DNA of 63,350 bases, filler included, from Octopus bimaculoides (GCF_001194135.2; 8 parts of 6 records of this genome joined end to end with filler, not necessarily neighbours in it), one strand, 5' to 3'. Positions 13,290 to 25,676 are shown, counted from the first letter of the whole stretch. The notes: a model not told the origin generated them from the letters alone. A program made the numbers and translations.

Positions 13290-13532
13290 ATACAATTAAA
13301 CCTTGGGAGAGGCATTATGCCGGTAATAAACACACGCACTGGTTCAGTCCTTTATTAATTTATAAACAGTATATAGTTTTTTTGTTAAATAATTTCATTG
13401 CACTCTTGCAATCTCTTCAGTAACTTGTCTCTCCACTTCTATAAACTATATACCGTTTATAAATTAATAATGGACTGAACCAGTGCGTGTGTTTATTACC
13501 GGCATAATGCTTCTCCTAAGGTTTAATTGTAT
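13290..13532. mobile_element. Foldback/MITE-like element with 90-bp inverted arms and 63-bp spacer
   Basis: 13290-13379 matches the reverse complement of 13443-13532 at 86/90 positions. No clear TSD. Confidence 0.85.
13384..13424 (-). ncRNA. Minimal type I hammerhead ribozyme motif within foldback spacer
   Basis: Minus strand GTTA-CTGAAGA-G-ATTGCA(AGAG)TGCAAT-GAAA-TTATT-TAAC: 4-bp stem I, intact core, perfect 6-bp stem II, minimal helix III, AUU triplet. Confidence 0.6.
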
Positions 13533-14047
13533 TTCTTTCAACACACGTATCCACATCAAGAATCTTGCACACGAAATACACATACGAAATATTTTATAGT
13601 TCTTACTCCAGCATTCACATTTTTTAATATTTTCAACAAACCATTTTTATCAGTTTCAAACAAAATTTTCGACTTCCCTACAAATATACTAAATATGATT
13701 TCCTGTTAAAGGTGCTCGACGTTTTATTTCAGAGTTTTATGTAAGCTGAAGTTAACGCAGTAAAGTTCACTTCTCTGTGATGTGATTCAGAAAGCTGAAA
13801 TTACTTTGAATATACCAAGTACTGACATGAAATTGTCTCCAATCTGTGCACTGGTGACAATGTTTATTGTTATTGAAAGTTTATTTTTATATGTACCACA
13901 AATGCTATGAAAACATAACCAGTATGAGTTTATAAATTCTTCATTAATAATAATAGTTTTATGAGTGAGAATAATAAATGCTTCACAAAGAAAAGAAATG
14001 TTTCCTTCACTTTACTTTCAACATGTTTTTTTTTTTTTTTTCAGAAA

Positions 14048-14204
14048 ATGAAAACTTCAGAATTGATTATTTGTATCACTTCAGTATTGTTGATAGTGCT
14101 GATGGTTAGTGAAGGCTCACCAGCACAAAAATGGCGCCCACAAGGACGATTTGGAAAAAGAACGAACGAAATAAATAACAACCCCTTGTGGATGATTCTC
14201 TCTT
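14048..14204 (+). CDS. luqin: Luqin neuropeptide precursor, first coding exon (signal peptide + SPAQKWRPQGRF-amide + GKR)
   Basis: Translates to MKTSELIICITSVLLIVLMVSEG|SPAQKWRPQGRF-G-KR-TNEINNNPLWMILS. Hydrophobic signal peptide is followed directly by the WRPQGRF-G-KR luqin signature (cf. Aplysia APSWRPQGRFamide). Poly-T/TCAG acceptor ends at 14044; phase-1 donor T|GTAAGA at 14205. Confidence 0.95.
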
Positions 14205-15732
14205 GTAAGATAGCAATTTTTATTGATTTCTTCATAAATGTTAATTGATAATTTCAGTGTTTAGAAGTATTACAATTGGTAGGAGAAAACTGAGACTGAA
14301 AATATATATTTATCGAACTTGAGATTAAAAATAAATTATCTTTTTAGAAATATGTATTCGTTTAACTTACAAATATTCATATCTTTATTTTACTTGTATA
14401 AAACAACTGCATTTTAAGCAATCTTAAATTTGCACCCATTGGATTTTTAGTTTTAAATAAGTTAGGATGATGAGTGATTAGATGAATGGTCTGGCGGGTA
14501 AGTATCATGATTTCAATCTTAATGTAATTTTGTCATTAGTACACATGCTTCCTAATCATAACGTCTACTTCTGCATGATTACATTTTGAGTATAAATATA
14601 TATTTGATCAGTTTCTTATATGATATTAGATTGAAAACTCCGATGCATAACGTCTGGGGACCAAGATATCACGCTTAATTGTTTCAGTCAGTCTGGTATT
14701 GCTTAGACTATGTATTTGCTTTGGTCAGATTGTTCCTTTGTGTGCCGTGTGACCTGCAAGATTTCTCTCCCCCCCCCCCATGTTCAAGGTGGGGTTTCTG
14801 ATAACCTTCATGACCTATGTCCTCGCTATACTTCTCTATAGGAGTACAGGACCTATGAGAAAATATACATGTCAAGAAAGAAAAAAAAGATATCTTTCCG
14901 AATCTTCCAGAGTTCGGCTTATTGCTCTCATTTCCAATCTCTTTAAGTTACAATCCACTATCTCACTTACCTCCTTCAGTCTTTTCACTGACTAGCAATA
15001 CTTTCCATATAGAACGATCTACCTGAGATCTATTGACATACATCACACATAGTTATTTCATCCAAAGAAAAGTCACCCGGGCGATTTACAAATCCAGGCT
15101 CACTAACAAACATGCATTCACACTTTCTCTCTCACTTTTTCTCTCTTTCTCTCTCAGTGGTTCTCGATATTTTTGTCTCATAAGAATATCTTGCCTAAAC
15201 TTTTATCCTCGGAAATACATTTTTCTGGGGCTATGTCTGTATCCTCTTCACATGAACATAGATTGATCTGCAAATGCTCGGGCTGAATAATATTCACATC
15301 AATCTCACTAGTCTCGGAGAGACTGCAAAAGACTATGATCACTGCCCTTTCTCCCTGATTTAAAGTATGACAAAATATCTCGATTGTCAAACCATTCACT
15401 CCTAGTAACACTTAAAGCTCATAATTATTTTGAAATTAGACTAAATATGTTCTCTTGTATGGAGTTGAATAATTCATTCTATTGTGTGTTATGCAGTTTT
15501 TATTCGTAGGCTGCTGAAATTCTATATCAGAATTGGAATATAATATGATATATTTTACGTTATCCAAGATATGGCAACTCTACTTAAATTACCTAAAAAA
15601 TAACTTTTTCTAAGTATTGAACTTTTTTTTTTTTTTTCATAGATTTTAAATTTAGAGAATCATTAAACAAACTTGCTTGAATATATAACATTTAAGATGA
15701 TGATTTCTAATGTTAATACTAATACATTTCAG

Positions 15733-15847
15733 CTTCGAATAACAATAACGATGAAGCATTAACTTATGTTACTGGAGAAAAACCTGTGCGTCTCGACAAT
15801 CTACTGTGTGTATCTATTGGATTAAAAAACGCTTATAAATGTACTCG
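15733..15847 (+). CDS. luqin: Luqin precursor, second coding exon with the conserved two-cysteine C-terminal motif
   Basis: Acceptor TTTCAG ends at 15732. The phase matches exon 1 (T+CT=Ser). Reads SNNNNDEALTYVTGEKPVRLDNLLCVSIGLKNAYKCT-R; C-x10-C is typical of luqin/RYamide precursors. Donor CG|GTATGT at 15848. Confidence 0.9.
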
Positions 15848-16250
15848 GTATGTTGTAACATCCATAATATAATTATTTCTTACTCAATTATTTTCATATT
15901 TTTTTCCCTTTACATTTCTTTTTCATTATTTCATGTGTGCATTTCCATCTTAAGTTTTGTAATAAACTGTAGTTGGCAGTGTAAAGAAGAGTGCTGTGGA
16001 TATTGTTTATTGGACATCTCTTTCACATTCTATAGTAGAATGTAAGTTCTTTGATATATGACATCAATGAATTAAACAAATTCATTAGTAAAATGAGCCC
16101 CTCCTCCTTAATTTTGCTCAGATTGCTTTCAATTTTGGTGTATCAATGCAACTCTGAATTTTGATTACGATCAACCAATTATTTTATCTCGTAAATTAAA
16201 GAATTTGATGTTATTTGGAATTAAAGTTGGGAAATTCGGGTAATTTTTGG

Positions 16251-16296
16251 CCAATCAACAGACAGCGTGGCATTAGCAGCTTGTTACCATGACAAC
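16251..16296. promoter_or_regulatory. CCAAT box plus RFX X-box-like motif in probable luqin intron
   Basis: GGCCAATCA near 16251 and GTTACCATGACAAC 16283-16296, matching the GTNRCC(N)RGYAAC-type consensus closely. Confidence 0.4.
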
Positions 16297-16750
16297 CGCA
16301 CGCTGTTGTCTGTGCCGCTGTTGTCCATGTTGATTTCACCCGCGTATTTTGTTTTAATTTTTCTGTGTGTGCGTTAGTATTTTTTACATATTTCTTATTT
16401 CATGTTTTGGGGACTTATTGACTCAGATAGCTGGATTTATGATTTCACTAGGTTAATTCTATTCATAAAAATTTAAATTAGAAATATTTCTTAGCTTCAC
16501 ATTTCAACAGCTTAACTGAAATTTAGCCCACGTAACAGGAACTGTGAGGAATGTCGTGAGACAGAGATAATGTGGGTGATACTGATAATTTCACATTATT
16601 TTTTTAATTCTGCATGCAAAAACATATGATACAGTTATTCTTTTCCTTGGAACAAATTCTTTGTTGACCAGTGTTATTCTTATCGTAGTTTACAAATCCA
16701 ACACATGAAAACGTTACTCAACTTTGGAATTTTGGAGAATGACGTCCACT

Positions 16751-16803
<53 letters not shown>

Positions 16804-17181
16804 CACTTATGTATTAATGATGTACATAAATACATGGCAGGTATACATAATACTGAAGCACGCATAAATTAAACACATGTAGACAAATATATTAATATAT
16901 CAAATTTTTTAAAATAATAAAAACATGCAATCAATGAAGAAACAAAAGAAACAGTAAGATGTTGATTTTATTAGCTGTTTCTGTTTATTTAGAAACCTAC
17001 AATGAACAGGTCAGACGCTAAACTATAAATTTCTCAAAGTACTGCCTTAAAGTTGACACCGCACCGCCAAACGCTGAAAATTTCTGTGTTGCTTTGGCTT
17101 AAAATATCCAGTTTTTTCGATGTTTAAACCTCTGACTTTTATCTCCATTTTTTTTTTCTCCACAACATCATATCTTCGTAG

Positions 17182-17275
17182 AAATGAGACTGGAAGGCTA
17201 CATTATTATAGCCGATTTTCAGATTTTTTACTTCCTTTTAAAAAAAATGCATATTTCGCGAATGAAAAAAACTAG
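17182..17275 (+). CDS. Candidate terminal coding exon of luqin precursor
   Basis: Long poly-T tract then TAG acceptor at 17179-17181. Phase-2 compatible (CG+A=Arg), open for 30 codons NETGRLHYYSRFSDFLLPFKKNAYFANEKN to TAG 17273-17275. No homology check was possible. Confidence 0.4.
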
Positions 17276-17973
17276 ATCCCATTTGACTTCAACGTGTTTG
17301 AACCAATACGAAGTCTTTTCTCTAAACATGACTGTAGAAAGAAATTTTGGTCACCTAAGTTTCTTCGGCGGACACAGGTATTAAGAAAGACAAATGGTTA
17401 CAGCCAAGATTCAGATGCTCCATCTTTACTACTTGACAGTAGTCAAAATACTTTCTCGCGAACAAATAGAACCAGACATATATGAAGTAGAGGAATGAAA
17501 TTATCTAATATCGTGATGATAGGATATTGACCTTTTGCATACTCGTAAGACAAAATTTTTATATAGTAGTGGTGAATGAATTATTGAATCATACCAACAA
17601 CTGTTAGATTCATGATACATCGACTCTGATGCAAAGTCAAACAGCTGAATTTTTTAAATGTAATATGTGTATGGGTGTGCGTGCGTGTGTGGGGGGGGGA
17701 GCGCACGTGTGTGCGTATCTATACTGAATAATCTTATCGTTAAAGGCGCGAAATTGCTATGGTTTTAGGATGATAACTGATGAGGTATGCGCAGAGCATG
17801 TCCATATACGGTGTGTGATTTTTCTCGTGTGTCTTTTGTCGTTCTTGTTCACATCTTATATTTGATTTTCCCATGTTCTATTGTCATCCTTCTGTACAAT
17901 TTTAAAAATAATCTACCCCACTTTTTGTTCCTACTCAGTAGTATCCCATACAGTGGGTAATATTTGATGCAAC

Positions 17974-17975
<2 letters not shown>

Positions 17976-18038
<63 letters not shown>

Positions 18039-18520
18039 TCCCACGCTTTCTCTCTTTCTTTTCCGTCTTTCTTTTCCTCTCTGCTGCGTTTTTGTCTACC
18101 CCTTTCTCTTAACTGTTCTACTTCCTTCTCTCTTGTTCTAGGCACCATTCCTTTATTCCCTTTCTTTCTCTCTGCAATCTCTTCAATTTATATCTGCACC
18201 CTTTCTTCCTTTGCTTTGCTTCCATCTCTTCCCATGCCTTTTTCTCTTCCCTTCACTAACTATTTTCTCTCTCCTTCTTATTGCGAAACAACGCGATTAT
18301 CTCGTTTCTTCTTTCACCCTTCCTTTTCGTGCTTGACTGCTGATCTGTTCAGTTATGCTCTCTTGGGTTTCCGCCTTAGCATTTACTTCAAACTCGAGTT
18401 CGTATATTTTTCCACTCTTTGTTCTACCGTTCTTTCTATTTTTTCATCCTTCTACCTTTTTTTCTATCTTTCCATCACTCTACTTTCCTTTTCAAGTCCT
18501 ACACTACGTCATCTTCCATG
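17976..18520 (+). repeat. (CT)n followed by about 500 bp of pyrimidine-rich low-complexity sequence
   Basis: Strong C/T strand bias. Confidence 0.7.
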
Positions 18521-18589
18521 AAGCGTTACTGTTACACATGTCTTGTCTTAGTGCTGTTTCTTAGCCGTAAGACCTTTATTTATATTCTT

Positions 18590-19019
18590 TTCATTTATTC
18601 TTTTATTTGTTTCTGTCATCTGACTGCGGCCATGCTGGAGCACCGCCTTTAGTCGAACAAATTCACCCCAGGACTTATTCTTTTATAAGCCTGGTAATAT
18701 TCTATCCGTCTCTTTTGCCGAACCGCTAAGTTACAGGGACGTAACCACACCAACATCGGTTGTCAAGCGATGGTGAGGAGACAAACATATATACACACAC
18801 ACAAACAAACACACACGCGCACACACACACGTACACACACAAACATATATATATATATATACATATATATACGACGGGCTTCTTTCAGTTTCTGTCTACC
18901 AAATCCACTCACGAGGCTATAATAGAAGACACTTGCCCAAGGTAGCACGCAGTGGGACTGAACCCGGAACCATGTGGTTGGTAAGCAAGCTACTTACCAC
19001 ACACCCACTCCCACGCCTA
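18590..19019 (-). mobile_element. SINE family A, full-length
   Basis: Reverse-complement match to 57061-57450. Confidence 0.85.
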
Positions 19020-19641
19020 TGTATATATATTTACATATGTACCAACTACTTGTGTCGTTTTTCATTATGTCACCCTTTCTTTATTTTTTTCGTCACCGTT
19101 CTTTACGTTCGCTCACTTAATCCCAGCGGCTCTTTGCTACTGACGCCACCAAAATGAACAATCTTATCGTTGAAGGTGTGAAATTGTTATGAATTTTGAA
19201 CGATAACTGGAGAGGAACGAGCAAGTTTCCATCTTGTGTGTGTGATTTTTCCAGGTGTTCCATTGTTGTTCTCTACCGCTACCGAGATTGCGTCACTGCC
19301 TCGTTCAGACGACGGTGTCATAGCTTCGTCCGTCTTCTCCTTCCAATGACCACCTCTGTCTCCGCCGGCCAGCATGCTATAGGAACTCGCAGTTCGTTGC
19401 TGCCCCTCGTCTGATGTCGCCTCGGGAACGTCAGTGGTTGTGCTCGTGCTCTTCGCGATCAATCGCTCGCTTTTTTTTTACATGACCGGGTCCTCGACGG
19501 AAAACAACGTGTGTCGATCGCAGATAATACCAGCATGAGCATCGACGTTCCCTGGACGGCATCGACTGACGGGACAACAACGAATTCGAGCTTCCGTAAA
19601 GTATGTGCATTTTTACATGAATTCTCAAATGTGAAATATGC

Positions 19642-19685
<44 letters not shown>

Positions 19686-20065
19686 GCGTGTGCGTGTGTG
19701 TGTGTGTGTGTTTGTGTGTGCGTGTGTGCACGTGTATACGTAGGCATGGTAATTCATGTCTTGCTTTTCGAATTTCACGTTATAGATCATGACATCAGAC
19801 TCGAACTGCAATATAGGTAATCCACTTTGTCGGAATATAGATTAACCATATATATATATATATATGTGTGTGTGTATGTGTGTGTGTGTGTGCGTATGCA
19901 TTGTACTAATCCATTATCGGTTGCATTACAAAAAACGTATTCAATCGAGTGGGCACACCATTGAAGCCCGCCGGGTCTTTGTACTATCCGGGCATCAAAC
20001 TCATATTTATATAATGATATATCTATTTCTGTTTATCGTATTTTCTCTATTTATCTATCTATCCT

Positions 20066-20109
<44 letters not shown>

Positions 20110-20209
20110 NNNNNNNNNNNNNNNNNNNNNNNNNNNNNNNNNNNNNNNNNNNNTTAATTAATTAANNNNNNNNNNNNNNNNNNNNNNNNNNNNNNNNNNN
20201 NNNNNNNNN

Positions 20210-20252
<43 letters not shown>

Positions 20253-20960
20253 AAATTATAGCTTCAGCTTGGAGCTGCGGCCATGCTGATGCACCGCCGT
20301 GTTGCTACACTGTTATTACAGGGAGCCTCTTACAATATGTGGCACTTGGTGAAGAATGGCGTTTGATTTAGCAACACTCATTTGCACCTCCTACCGTGAG
20401 GTAGGTTCATCTGGGACTCTCGACAGGAAGAGGTCCAATGAAAATATATGTATATATATATATCTTTATATATGTATACATACACACAATCACACAGAAA
20501 CAGACATATATATACTTCTATGTTCAGAAGGCTACCATTAGTTTCATGCGGCGAATTTTCAGCAATTATGAAGCTTACTACATGGGAGGCTGCCAGGCCT
20601 GATAATTGCTGAGAATTCTCGACAAGTAATAAATGTTAACCTTATTATCTCGTGTCAAAAGAATATTTATCCATCAACGCGGTGTTGCGCGTTCTTTATT
20701 AGCGAGAATGTGCGTATGTGTGTGTGTGTGCGCGCGCGCGCGTATGTGTGCGTGTGTGCGTGTGTGTGTGTGTGCTTGAGACAAGATAGTGTTCTAAGTG
20801 GTAGCAGTAACAAGGCCATCATCGTCGTTGTCGTCACCATCATCATCATCATCAACAACCACAATAAGACAGTGTATTCTTTCGTTAGTGTGCCGGATAA
20901 AACTCTTAGTGGTATATTTACCCCCGTGTCACTTTGATACCATGCGCTACTCTCTCACTC

Positions 20961-20994
<34 letters not shown>

Positions 20995-20998
<4 letters not shown>

Positions 20999-21437
20999 CC
21001 TTAACCATTTGAGCATGTCCCTTGGTGGCTGACGATATGTGCATCTCTGATCATGAGCAGAAGTAGTGGGGGAACATCATAGCCATGTGTTGAGAGGAAT
21101 TCTTTGGGGTTTGGATAATTCACCTTTGGAAACATGGGTGTTTTGTTCAACATCCTTAAACAACCCTTATTCAGGGACCTTTTGAGCGGGATGGGTGACT
21201 TGACCTGAAGAAAATTCTAACTGGGCCCCACTTGCGAGGTCATGCGCTGTTTATCTTGATATGAGATCACCATGTCGCGCACATATGGTTGTGATGCATG
21301 TGCCTGGTGTACCCTTATCAGACGGGTAGTCATGATGGGTATAATGGGCTTCGTATATTTTACCCCAGTGTCACTTTGATGGCATGCACTGCTCTCTCGC
21401 ATAATAATAATAATAATAATAATAACAATAATAATAA
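20995..21437 (+). repeat. Dispersed retroposon-like repeat with (TAA)n tail (probable LINE 3'UTR)
   Basis: Ends in TTTACCCCAGTGTCACTTTGATGGCATGCACTGCTCTCTC-(AAT)n; a shorter copy of the same tail lies directly upstream (about 20905-20995). Confidence 0.55.
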
Positions 21438-21697
21438 TAGTACAAAGCTTGATACTTTTATCGACCCTTAAAGGATGAATGACAAACTCGACCTCGTCGG
21501 AATCTGACCTCAGAACTTAAAGATCCACTTTGCCACTCATCCTTCTGGGGTCCATAAAATAAGTACCAGTTGAGCACTGGAGGTCGATGTAATCGACTTA
21601 CTCCCTTCCTCCGAAAGTACTGGCCTCGTGCCAAAATTTGAAACCAACATATCTATCTGTGTGCATGTATGTATGCATACGGATACGCATGCATCCA

Positions 21698-21774
<77 letters not shown>

Positions 21775-21784
21775 NNNNNNNNNN

Positions 21785-21835
<51 letters not shown>

Positions 21836-21844
21836 CTGCATATA

Positions 21845-21990
21845 CACGAAGGGGTGCTGAAAAGTTCCTGGCTTTAAGTGTATCGTGAAAGCCCAATCTT
21901 CCGAGCACTTTTACAGTACTTAGAAAGACTGAAGGACTGCTGCAATAAGTGTGTAAATCTGAGAGGGGAATAAGTTGAACAAAATCATAA
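21845..21990 (+). mobile_element. Internally deleted mariner relic
   Basis: TIR-like CACGAAGGGGTGCTGAAAAGTTCCTGGC joined to C-terminal motif CCNKCVNLRGE*VEQ (cf. RWxKCVxxxGEYVE). Confidence 0.6.
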
Positions 21991-21999
21991 TTAACTGAT

Positions 22000-22372
22000 C
22001 CTCCTGCGGCCATGCTAGAGCACCGCCCTTAGTCGAGCAAATCGACCCCAGGACTTACTCTTTGTACGCCTAGTATTTATTCTATCGGTCTTTTTTACCG
22101 AACCACTAAGTTACGGGGATGTAAACACACCACCATCGATTGTCAAGCGATGGTGAGGGGACAAACACAGACACACAAACATATACACACACATACATAT
22201 ATACGACGGACTTCCTTCAGTTTCCGTCTATCAAATTCACTCACAAGGCTTTGGTCGGCCCGAGGCTACAGTAGAAGACACTTGCCCAAGGTGCCACGCA
22301 GTGGGACTGAACCCAGAACCATGTGGATGGTAAGCAAGCTACTTACCACAAAGCCACTCCTGAATATATATA
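22000..22372 (-). mobile_element. SINE family A copy
   Basis: Reverse-complement match to family A. Confidence 0.8.
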
Positions 22373-23339
22373 TTCTTNNNNNNNNNNNNNNNNNNNNNNN
22401 NNNNNNNNNNNNNNNNNNNNNNNNNNNNNNNNNNNNNNNNNNNNNNNNNNNNNNNNNNNNNNNNNNNNNNNNNNNNNNNNNNNNNNNNNNNNNNNNNNNN
22501 NNNNNNNNNNNNNNNNNNNNNNNNNNNNNNNNNNNNNNNNNNNNNNNNNNNNNNNNNNNNNNNNNNNNNNNNNNNNNNNNNNNNNNNNNNNNNNNNNNNN
22601 NNNNNNNNNNNNNNNNNNNNNNNNNNNNNNNNNNNNNNNNNNNNNNNNNNNNNNNNNNNNNNNNNNNNNNNNNNNNNNNNNNNNNNNNNNNNNNNNNNNN
22701 NNNNNNNNNNNNNNNNNNNNNNNNNNNNNNNNNNNNNNNNNNNNNNNNNNNNNNNNNNNNNNNNNNNNNNNNNNNNNNNNNNNNNNNNNNNNNNNNNNNN
22801 NNNNNNNNNNNNNNNNNNNNNNNNNNNNNNNNNNNNNNNNNNNNNNNNNNNNNNTATATATATATATACATACATACATACATAAATACATACATGCATA
22901 CATACATAATACATACATACAATCGCGCCCCAAGTAATTCAGTATGGCTGCGCTTTGTGTTACCGCCTAACGCGAAAGTCATGGAGGCCGGTGAGAGGTG
23001 ACAAGAATGATGGAGGGAGGGAGTCTGATTTCTCTCTCAAAATAGGTGAGAAATGAAATATTCCACATCAATATTGAAGGGATTAGATGTCCTTGCATCG
23101 TTGGTGACGGCAGTAGAGATTGCAGCAGCTGCAATTTTTTTTACTGCAGTTGCAAATGCGTTGATATGCACAGCAGCCAGAACAGCAGTTGTAACAATTA
23201 GGGAGCGCTTTAACTAGTCGTTCAACCTGCTAGAAGTAACAGCTAAATCGCTTTATACTTATTTCCTTGTACCTTTTTGTATTCCTCTACTCTCTTAAAA
23301 TAAACAGTAAGACATTGGATCATGTAGACTTCCTTTATC

Positions 23340-23553
23340 TTGCATCTTTTCTTGTTCCAGTCAGTGAACTGCGGCCACGCTGGGGCATTGCCTTAAAGGG
23401 TCTAGTTGAACAAATCACTCACAATACTCGTTTTCTTTTAAAGTTTCGTACTTATTTTATCGGCCTCTTTTGCTGAACCACAAGGCTATGGGGACGTAAA
23501 GAAACCAACACCAGTTTCAAGCAGTGGTGCGGGGAAACAAACACACGCTCAAA

Positions 23554-23594
<41 letters not shown>

Positions 23595-24130
23595 ACATTC
23601 ATATATATGTGTGTGTATGTGTGTGCGCACACTTGTATGTATGCATAAGGCAGGCTTCCACATAGTTTCCGTCCCAAATATTTACTCATGTGTCATTGTC
23701 AGTTTGGGGTAATAGTATAAGAAAATAGCCCAAAGTGTTGTGAAGTGGAACTAAACCTGAAACCACATGATTGCAAAGCGACCTTCTTAATCACGCTGTT
23801 GTTGTTTGTTCCTTCTCGAGCTATGCCTGGCTCATAAGGGCCGGTGGTTTCCCTATTTCATTGGTGTATAGGTCCCCCACCTGGACGGGACGCCGGTCCG
23901 TCGCAGGTGAGCTGCTAGATGCAGGAGGAAAGAGTGAGAGAAAGTTGTGGCGAAGGAGTCAGCAAAAGTTCGCCATTACCTTCTGCCGGAGCCGCGTGGA
24001 GCTTAGGTGTTTCGCTCATAAACACACACATCGTTCGGTCTGAGATTCGAACCCGCAATCCCTCGATTGCGAGTCCGCTGCTCTAACGACTAGGCCATGC
24101 GCCTCCACTTAATCACACTGCTTGTGCCTA
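23340..24130 (-). mobile_element. Old SINE family A copy interrupted by a younger SINE (23799-24108)
   Basis: Family A head is split by an insertion flanked by TTAATCACGCTG 23787-23798 / TTAATCACACTG 24109-24120. Confidence 0.7.
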
Positions 24131-24321
24131 TATAAACAAAGTGTAGCCTTACAATAGATGTGGTGGTTATGTTTGGAATGCTTTTGAGCTTAGAATTGCT
24201 CGATAAGAGCTGACCTGGGCCTATACAATAAGAACAACAACAGTATACGAGTCCACGGGGAAGCCACTTCACTGTTGTTCAATTCATACCGTGCCGTTTT
24301 AAGTTAAGAAGGAATATATTA

Positions 24322-25619
24322 GATAACTAGCAGAAATACCCGGCTTTGCCCGGGTTAAAGAGAATAATGAAATCTAAAAACGCCGTCTAGACTACGCAAC
24401 CCTCAACTGTTAGTAGCTACGATACCATATTTCTACATTAATAACTCTCCAATCCATGCCAGCATGGAACATAAACATTAAGTGGAATGCCAGTCTCTCA
24501 TCTAGGAGGGCCTTGAAATCAATGTTACCAACTGGGGACTATGTGTGTCGTAGTGATAATAAAAAGACCCAAAGGAGGTCTGCAACGAAATAATTTTACT
24601 CAACACTTTGTAAGTGAATCAGTGGAGGCAAAGATGCGTCTCATTTACTTGACAATTTATGCNNNNNNNNNNNNNNNNNNNNNNNNNNNNNNNNNNNNNN
24701 NNNNNNNNNNNNNNNNNNNNNNNNNNNNNNNNNNNNNNNNNNNNNNNNNNNNNNNNNNNNNNNNNNNNNNNNNNNNNNNNNNNNNNNNNNNNNNNNNNNN
24801 NNNNNNNNNNNNNNNNNNNNNNNNNNNNNNNNNNNNNNNNNNNNNNNNNNNNNNNNNNNNNNNNNNNNNNNNNNNNNNNNNNNNNNNNNNNNNNNNNNNN
24901 NNNNNNNNNNNNNNNNNNNNNNNNNNNNNNNNNNNNNNNNNNNNNNNNNNNNNNNNNNNNNNNNNNNNNNNNNNNNNNNNNNNNNNNNNNNNNNNNNNNN
25001 NNNNNNNNNNNNNNNNNNNNNNNNNNNNNNNNNNNNNNNNNNNNNNNNNNNNNNNNNNNNNNNNNNNNNNNNNNNNNNNNNNNNNNNNNNNNNNNNNNNN
25101 NNNNNNNNNNNNNNNNNNNNNNNNNNNNNNNNNNNNNNNNNNNNNNNNNNNNNNNNNNNNNNNNNNNNNNNNNNNNNNNNNNNNNNNNNNNNNNNNNNNN
25201 NNNNNNNNNNNNNNNNNNNNNNNNNNNNNNNNNNNNNNNNNNNNNNNNNNNNNNNNNNNNNNNNNNNNNNNNNNNNNNNNNNNNNNNNNNNNNNNNNNNN
25301 NNNNNNNNNNNNNNNNNNNNNNNNNNNNNNNNNNNNNNNNNNNNNNNNNNNNNNNNNNNNNNNNNNNNNNNNNNNNNNNNNNNNNNNNNNNNNNNNNNNN
25401 NNNNNNNNNNNNNNNNNNNNNNNNNNNNNNNNNNNNNNNNNNNNNNNCACTTTTGACACGTAATACTTAAATAGTGGAGGAGATATGTTGCTGTGGGCTC
25501 GAACTCTGGAAGAAGTTTAAATTTTTTTTTTTGACTAAAACGCAACCGGAACCCTAAGTAAGGCATCTGTAAAATTTGAATGAAATTGGTTGCGTAGTTC
25601 TCGAGTTTTAGGGATTCAC

Positions 25620-25650
<31 letters not shown>

Positions 25651-25676
25651 CACATTCTCATTTTTATATATATAGA
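24322..25676 (+). mobile_element. Helitron-like non-autonomous element with (CAGA)n, spanning a gap
   Basis: Start TAACTAGCAGAAATACCCGGCTTTGCCCGGG; end ...ACAGACAGACACACATTCTCATTTTTATATATATAGAT, typical of Lep1-type rolling-circle elements. The join across the gap is assumed. Confidence 0.5.

Noticed and set aside
15839-16045. Cys-rich ORF (WQCKEECCGYC) as luqin last exon
   Set aside because: No good polypyrimidine acceptor in the right phase and no family resemblance; cannot be supported.
20154-20165. TTAATTAATTAA islands inside N runs (also near 31590, 41150, 49586, 56935, 60070, 62162)
   Set aside because: Identical 12-mer centred in fixed-length gaps with stops in all six frames; a scaffolding linker, not biology.
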